A stretch of 62,917 nucleotides of DNA, the filler included. It is 6 parts of 6 records of this genome, joined end to end, with 100 filler letters (N's around TTAATTAATTAA, not from the genome) between each part and the next. Parts side by side here need not be neighbours in the genome. Positions count along the whole stretch, not along the records: positions 54,996 to 58,863 come from SRR20825010_3277; positions 58,964 to 62,917 come from SRR20825010_3287; 4 more parts are not named here. The stretch is one strand, 5' to 3'. The notes under the pieces are model-generated. The model ran no database searches and was not told the DNA's origin. It was given only the letters and a program-made list of their open reading frames with translations. This document shows positions 57,915 through 62,917 of the stretch, one piece after another (the first letter of the stretch is position 1; each line of letters begins with the position of its first letter). Made by a program: the position numbers and the translations under genes.

Positions 57915-58863
57915 TCAGTGGAACATTGTCTTGAGCTTGTCGAAAAACCCTTCCGAACCCGGCGAGGTGTCGCGGTTGGAAAGCGTTTCGAATTCTTCGA
58001 GCAGTTCGCGCTGCCGCTTTGAGAGTTTTTGCGGGGTTTCCACCTCGAGCTGGACGTAAAGGTCACCAACCTGCTGGCTGCGCAGCACCGGCATGCCCTT
58101 GCCCTTGAGCCGCACGCGCTGGCCGGGCTGGGTGCCTTCGTTGACCTTGACCTTGGCACGGCTGCCTCCGAGCGTCGGCACTTCGAACTCGCCGCCCAAG
58201 GCCGCTGTGATCATCGAAATGGGCACCTTGGCGAAAAGATCGGCGCCGTCGCGCTGGAACAGCTGGTGCGGTCTGACTGAAACGAAGATGTAGAGATCGC
58301 CGGCCGGTCCGCCGCGCAATCCCGCCTCGCCTTCCCCACCCAGACGAATGCGCGTGCCGTCCTCGATTCCCTTGGGAACATCGACCGAGAGCGTACGCGA
58401 GGTCTGCCGGCGGCCTTGCCCGTGGCAGTCGGTGCAAGGCTGGTCCATGGTTTCCCCGCGCCCGTGGCATTGGGGGCAGGTCTGCTGAATCGTAAAGAAT
58501 CCTTGCGCTGCGCGCACCTTGCCGTGCCCGCCGCACATGCGGCAGGTCGAAAACCCGGTGCCCGGCTTGGCGCCCGTCCCCTCGCACGTCTCGCACCCGA
58601 TCAGGGATGGCACGTCGATATCGACAGTGGTGCCCGCAAAGGCGTCTTCGAGGGTGATTTCGAGATTGTAGCGCAGATCCGAGCCGCGCTGGCGGCCGTC
58701 GCGGGAACGCTGGCCGCGTGCGCCACCCATGAATTCCCCGAAAATGTCCTCGAAAATATCGGACATCGAGGAGGAAAAATCATTCCCGAACCCCTGGGCA
58801 CCGCCACCGCCGCCATTGAAAGCCGCGTGGCCAAACCGGTCATAGGCCGCGCGCTTTTGCGGG
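57915..58863 (-). CDS. dnaJ: Chaperone DnaJ, 5'-partial
   Basis: End of J domain ([13 protein letters not shown]), G/F region, four CxxCxGxG repeats, GEGEAG..GGP.GDLY. Confidence 0.96.
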
Positions 58864-58963
58864 NNNNNNNNNNNNNNNNNNNNNNNNNNNNNNNNNNNNN
58901 NNNNNNNTTAATTAATTAANNNNNNNNNNNNNNNNNNNNNNNNNNNNNNNNNNNNNNNNNNNN
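58864..58963. other. Artificial contig spacer
   Basis: 44 N + TTAATTAATTAA + 44 N. Confidence 0.98.
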
Positions 58964-58964
58964 C

Positions 58965-59243
58965 GAGCCGACCTCGGCGCTCGACATGAGCGTCCAGGCG
59001 CAGGTGGTGGACCTGTTGAGGGACCTGCAGCGACGGCATGACCTGGCCTACCTGTTCATCAGCCATGACCTCAAGGTGGTGCGGGCGCTGGCCAATGACG
59101 TGATCGTCATGCGGTCGGGCAAGGTGGTGGAACAGGGCACGGCCGACCAGATCTTCGATCACCCAACCACCGATTATACCAAGGCGCTGATGGCGGCGGC
59201 GTTCAATCTCGAAACCGCGTCCGGCGGCGTGGTCAGTGAATAG
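58965..59243 (+). CDS. Peptide ABC transporter ATP-binding protein (YejF-like), 5'-partial
   Basis: EPTSALDMSVQAQV, FISHDL, P...YTKAL..AAF. Confidence 0.85.
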   Translation, partial: EPTSALDMSVQAQVVDLLRDLQRRHDLAYLFISHDLKVVRALANDVIVMRSGKVVEQGTADQIFDHPTTDYTKALMAAAFNLETASGGVVSE

Positions 59244-59251
59244 GCGGAACA

Positions 59252-60217
59252 ATGTCTGACGGCACTCGAAACGGACGTATCCTGCTCGCGCTTACCGGCT
59301 GGGCGCCGGAGGTGTGGATCCAGGAGCTCGCCAAGGCCGCGCCTGGGCGACCGGTGACGCTTGAGCCGGACGGGGAAGTCGATCCCAGCATCGAGTATGC
59401 GATCGTCTGGAAGCAGCGCCCCGGGCTGTTGTCGAAGCTGCCGAACCTCAAGGCGATCTTCTCGCTCGGCGCCGGCGTGGATCACGTCTTTGCGGATCCC
59501 GATTTGCCGGACGTGCCGATCGTGCGCGTGGTGTCGCCGAACCTGACCACCCGGATGAGCGAATACGTGGTCTGGCAGGTGCTCGATCATCACCGGCTCG
59601 GCCCGCGCTACCGGGCACAGCAGGCAAGCCGGATCTGGTACGAGGACCGCGACCAGAAGGCCGCAAGCGACATCACCGTGGGCATCATGGGCCTTGGGGA
59701 GCTTGGCCAGGATGCCGCAGCCAAGCTCCAGGTCATGGGCTTTGCCGTTTCCGGGTGGTCGAGGACCGAGAAACAGGTGGAAGGCGTTACCTGTCATGCG
59801 GGCGAGGACGGGCTTGGGGCGTTCCTCGCTTCCGCCGACATCTTCGTCGTGCTGCTGCCGCTGACGCCGGACACAAGGGAAATCCTCAACCGCGGCCTGT
59901 TTGCGCGGATGACCAAACGCGGGCCACTGGGCGCGCCGGTGCTGATCAATGCCGGGCGCGGCGGCTTGCAGAACGAGACCGACATCCTCGCGGCCCTGGA
60001 TGAGGGGCTGCTTTCGGCAGCAACCCTCGACGTGTTCCAGCAGGAGCCGCTTGACCCCGATAGCCCGTTCTGGCGCCACCCGAAGGTGACAATCACGCCG
60101 CATGCGGCGGCAGCATCGATGCCATCCTCGCTGATCGCACCGATGGTCGCGCAGATGGACGCCTTCGAGCGGGGCGAGGCGCTGACCAATCTGGTTGACC
60201 GCAAGGCGGGATACTGA
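59252..60217 (+). CDS. ghrA: Glyoxylate/hydroxypyruvate reductase A
   Basis: SLGAGVDH, GIMGLGELG, LLPLTPDT, INAGRG, LDVF..EPL, TPH.AA. Confidence 0.88.
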   Translation: MSDGTRNGRILLALTGWAPEVWIQELAKAAPGRPVTLEPDGEVDPSIEYAIVWKQRPGLLSKLPNLKAIFSLGAGVDHVFADPDLPDVPIVRVVSPNLTTRMSEYVVWQVLDHHRLGPRYRAQQASRIWYEDRDQKAASDITVGIMGLGELGQDAAAKLQVMGFAVSGWSRTEKQVEGVTCHAGEDGLGAFLASADIFVVLLPLTPDTREILNRGLFARMTKRGPLGAPVLINAGRGGLQNETDILAALDEGLLSAATLDVFQQEPLDPDSPFWRHPKVTITPHAAAASMPSSLIAPMVAQMDAFERGEALTNLVDRKAGY

Positions 60218-60223
60218 GCCGGC

Positions 60224-61084
60224 TTACGGCCTTCGGTAACAGGTCGGCAAGCCGTACAGCCTGGCGATCCGGTCGATCGCATCGCGCAAGGGTTCGCGGG
60301 TGACATACATGGTTCCGCCGGAGGCATGGAGAAGTGTATCGGGATCCTCGATGAACCCGACATGGCCTTTCCAGAACACCATGTCACCTCTCTGCAGGCC
60401 GTCGGTTTCGGGATCGATGATCCGGCCCAGACCGGCCGCCTGCTGATCGGAATCGCGCGGGGCGGGTTTGCCGGTCATGGCCAGCGCCATCTGCACCAGG
60501 CCCGAGCAGTCAATGCCGAAACCGGACCGGCCGCCCCAGAGATAGGGCGTGCCCAGGAACCGGGCGGCGACGGAGACGGCGTCTTCCGCCGCAACTTCGC
60601 CCAATGGCCTGAGATGCGCGGCGATGATGGCGGATCCATCCTCCATGAGCGCATAGGCCGTTCCCCTCGTTTCCGCCGCAGCGGTGATGCTGAGCCGGCT
60701 GCCCATCGACAGGACCTTGAGATGGGGAAAGCGGAGATCCGCTCCCGGATAGACGAAACTGCGCGGAATGGAGACGACGTGGGTTGCCTCGCCTGCGCCC
60801 TGGCCGATGGCATCCTCGCGCACATAGCCGACATACCCATCCGCCGCCAGCTGCACCCAGGCCCAGCCGCCGGAGCTGTCGAACACGGTCAGCGCCTCGC
60901 CGCAGAGCGCCTGGGTATCGATGCTGCAGGCGGCGTCCGGCCTTGGGCGAATGTCGGCGACCGGCACGATCACTTCGGCGGGCATGCCGTCGGTGTAGCG
61001 CTCGGCAGCCACCCTGTCCCTGAGACGGATGTCGGCAAGATCCGGCCTGTAGGCATATGACCGGCGGTCCAATATCTCACTCAT
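60224..61084 (-). CDS. NlpC/P60 (C40) peptidase with N-terminal SH3-like domains
   Basis: GWAWVQ...DGYVGY, PYLWGG...GIDCSGL, FWKGHV, LLHA. Confidence 0.92.
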   Translation of the reverse strand: MSEILDRRSYAYRPDLADIRLRDRVAAERYTDGMPAEVIVPVADIRPRPDAACSIDTQALCGEALTVFDSSGGWAWVQLAADGYVGYVREDAIGQGAGEATHVVSIPRSFVYPGADLRFPHLKVLSMGSRLSITAAAETRGTAYALMEDGSAIIAAHLRPLGEVAAEDAVSVAARFLGTPYLWGGRSGFGIDCSGLVQMALAMTGKPAPRDSDQQAAGLGRIIDPETDGLQRGDMVFWKGHVGFIEDPDTLLHASGGTMYVTREPLRDAIDRIARLYGLPTCYRRP

Positions 61085-61449
61085 GATCCCGTTCCTTCAG
61101 CCAGCGCCAGTTTGCGGCCTTCCGCGATGATGATGTCGCCAAGTTTCTCGACAAACAGCGCGCCTTCCACCGTCCGCTTGATGATGACGTTGCGCCGGTC
61201 GCGCTCGTCACGCACCCGGCGCACCAGCCCCATGTGCCCCATGGTGTCGAGCGCCCGGGTGATCACCGGCTTGGTGACGCCGAGCATGGCGGCAAGCCCC
61301 CGCACCGTGTGCGGCGGCGGCGCCAGATAGATGTGCAGCAGGATCGCCAGCTGCCTGATGGTCAGATCCGGCCCGATGACACGCACATGTTCAAGGGTGG
61401 CGGCGTGCCACAACCCGAGGGCATCGGATGGCCTAAGATCAAGTGGCAT
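61081..61449 (-). CDS. MarR-family transcriptional regulator
   Basis: TVRGLA..L.VTKPVITRALD, RDERDRR; stop overlaps the NlpC/P60 start (ATGA). Confidence 0.88.
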   Translation of the reverse strand: MPLDLRPSDALGLWHAATLEHVRVIGPDLTIRQLAILLHIYLAPPPHTVRGLAAMLGVTKPVITRALDTMGHMGLVRRVRDERDRRNVIIKRTVEGALFVEKLGDIIIAEGRKLALAEGTGS

Positions 61450-61543
61450 GGGTGCGCGCCTGCATCATTTCGGAACCGAATTATACTGACCGAAACTTGA
61501 GGATCGCGCAAGCCAGCCGCCCCACCACCAGGCGGGATCGGCG

Positions 61544-62917
61544 TCAGGCCGGATGCCGTTTGCTGATCACGTCGAACAGGGCCCGGATTCCTTGCGCCTC
61601 GCCGCCCATCGGCGCGTGCGGCTTGTCTTTCGGCGACCAGGCGAAGATATCGAAATGCGCCCACCTGGTTTCGGGCGCGACGAAGCGCTTGAGAAACAGC
61701 GCTGCCGTTATCGAGCCGGCAAAGCCGCCCGACGGGGCATTGGTCAGATCGGCAATCCTGGCTTTGACATCGGCCTCGTACGGCTTGTAGAGCGGCATCC
61801 GCCAGAGCGGATCGACGACATTGGCCGATGCGGTGGCGATGTCGGCGGCAAGCGTCTCGTCGTCGGTGTAGAAAGGCGGCAGGTCCGGACCGAGCGCCAC
61901 CCGCGCGGCGCCGGTCAGCGTGGCCATGTCGATGAGCAGGTCGGGCTTTTCCTCGCAGGCATAGGCCAGCGCATCGGCGAGCACCAGACGGCCCTCGGCA
62001 TCGGTGTTGTCGATCTGCACCGTCAGGCCCTTGCGGCTGGCAAGCACATCGCCGGGCCGGAAGGCGGAGGCGGAAATCGAGTTCTCGACCGCCGGCACCA
62101 GCACGCGCAGATCCACCGACAATCCGGCATCCATGATCATCATCGCCAGCGCCATCACATTGGCGGCCCCGCCCATGTCCTTCTTCATGTTGAGCATCGA
62201 GGACGAGGGCTTGATGTCGAGACCGCCGGTGTCAAAACAGACGCCCTTGCCCACCAGCGTCAGCTTCAGCGCACCGGGCTTGCCCCAGCGCATCTCCAAG
62301 AGGCGCGGCGCCTGATCGGCGGCGCGGCCGACCGCATGGATCATCGGGAACCCCTGTGCAATCAGATCATCGCCTGAAACGACGCTGATCTCGGCCTTGT
62401 AGTGGCCGGCAAGGCCGCGGAAGGCCGCTTCCAGCGCGTCGGGTCCCATGTCATTGGCGGGCGTGTTGACCAGATCGCGCGCCAAGCCGACGGCGGCCAC
62501 GGTTCGCTCAATGGACTCGGCGTCCGCATCGGCCGGGATGACCAGTCTGGGGCTATCCTTGGCCGGTTTGCGGTAGGTTTCGAAGCGGTAGGCGCCCATG
62601 CCGAACGCCATTGCCATGACCGCGCCGGAGATCGGCGACGTCTCGATGTGCCAATCCCCCTTGGGCAGCACTCGGGCCAGCTTGCCGCCGATGAAGGGGT
62701 GACACTCGCCATCTTCACCGAGTCCGAAAAGCGCGCCAGCGAGCTTGCCGTGGCGATTTGGCGCGAGAAGCACTGCCCCCTCGGCCGCCTGGAAACCGGC
62801 GGCCCTGGCCCAGGCAAGCGCCGTCTTGTCGAAATGACCGCGCTCGATGTCGGCGCGGGAAATCGCCCAGACCGGCAATGTCTCTCCGGACATCGGCGCA
62901 AACGGGGACGGTCGGTC
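61544..62917 (-). CDS. M17 leucyl aminopeptidase family protein, probably 5'-partial
   Basis: VGKGVCFDTGG, MKKDMGGAA, NTDAEGRL, ATLTGA; frame stays open past ATG 62893 to the window end. Confidence 0.92.
   Translation of the reverse strand, partial: DRPSPFAPMSGETLPVWAISRADIERGHFDKTALAWARAAGFQAAEGAVLLAPNRHGKLAGALFGLGEDGECHPFIGGKLARVLPKGDWHIETSPISGAVMAMAFGMGAYRFETYRKPAKDSPRLVIPADADAESIERTVAAVGLARDLVNTPANDMGPDALEAAFRGLAGHYKAEISVVSGDDLIAQGFPMIHAVGRAADQAPRLLEMRWGKPGALKLTLVGKGVCFDTGGLDIKPSSSMLNMKKDMGGAANVMALAMMIMDAGLSVDLRVLVPAVENSISASAFRPGDVLASRKGLTVQIDNTDAEGRLVLADALAYACEEKPDLLIDMATLTGAARVALGPDLPPFYTDDETLAADIATASANVVDPLWRMPLYKPYEADVKARIADLTNAPSGGFAGSITAALFLKRFVAPETRWAHFDIFAWSPKDKPHAPMGGEAQGIRALFDVISKRHPA

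Noticed and set aside
55819-62901. Numerous Arg/Pro/Ala-rich ORFs in contigs 5 and 6 (e.g. 56185-57216, 57161-58159, 59174-60103, 61553-62377)
   Set aside because: Shadow ORFs over conserved housekeeping genes.

Overview
This window is not one locus. It is six unrelated contigs joined by five artificial 100-nt spacers (44 N + TTAATTAATTAA + 44 N). Taxon assignments below are inferred from composition and protein style. Contig 1 (1-30996, AT-rich Bacteroidota, Cytophagales-like) carries a 5'-partial SauUSI-like helicase/DUF3427 gene fused to a LexA-type S24 peptidase, AraC/aldB/DUF779, a LytS/LytTR pair, xdhC with moaA-moeA-moaC, a MoaD-like ubiquitin-fold gene coupled to a BNR beta-propeller gene, two PadR + MacB/FtsX-type permease modules, a nonsense-interrupted gluconokinase and housekeeping genes. 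Contig 2 (31097-37300, Planctomycetota, Rhodopirellula-like) has a BBP7-type beta-barrel and a ~1,520-aa SdrD-B/DUF11 repeat protein. Contig 3 (37401-51442, Bacteroidota, Algoriphagus-like) has fecR-susC, an exonuclease, an Mpl/MurC-family ligase, dnaB and etfBA. Contigs 4-6 (GC-rich Alphaproteobacteria, Hyphomicrobiales-like) hold otnC/rpsO/pnp, dnaJ/pyrF/dapB/gpmA, and yejF-like/ghrA/NlpC-P60/MarR/leucyl aminopeptidase. I saw no rRNA, tRNA, CRISPR array or transposase. The best candidates for something new are (1) a putative type IV restriction helicase carrying an apparently intact LexA-like autocleavage domain and (2) the ubiquitin-like protein + beta-propeller two-gene unit with its own candidate promoter. 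All family calls come from motif recognition by eye; no searches were run.
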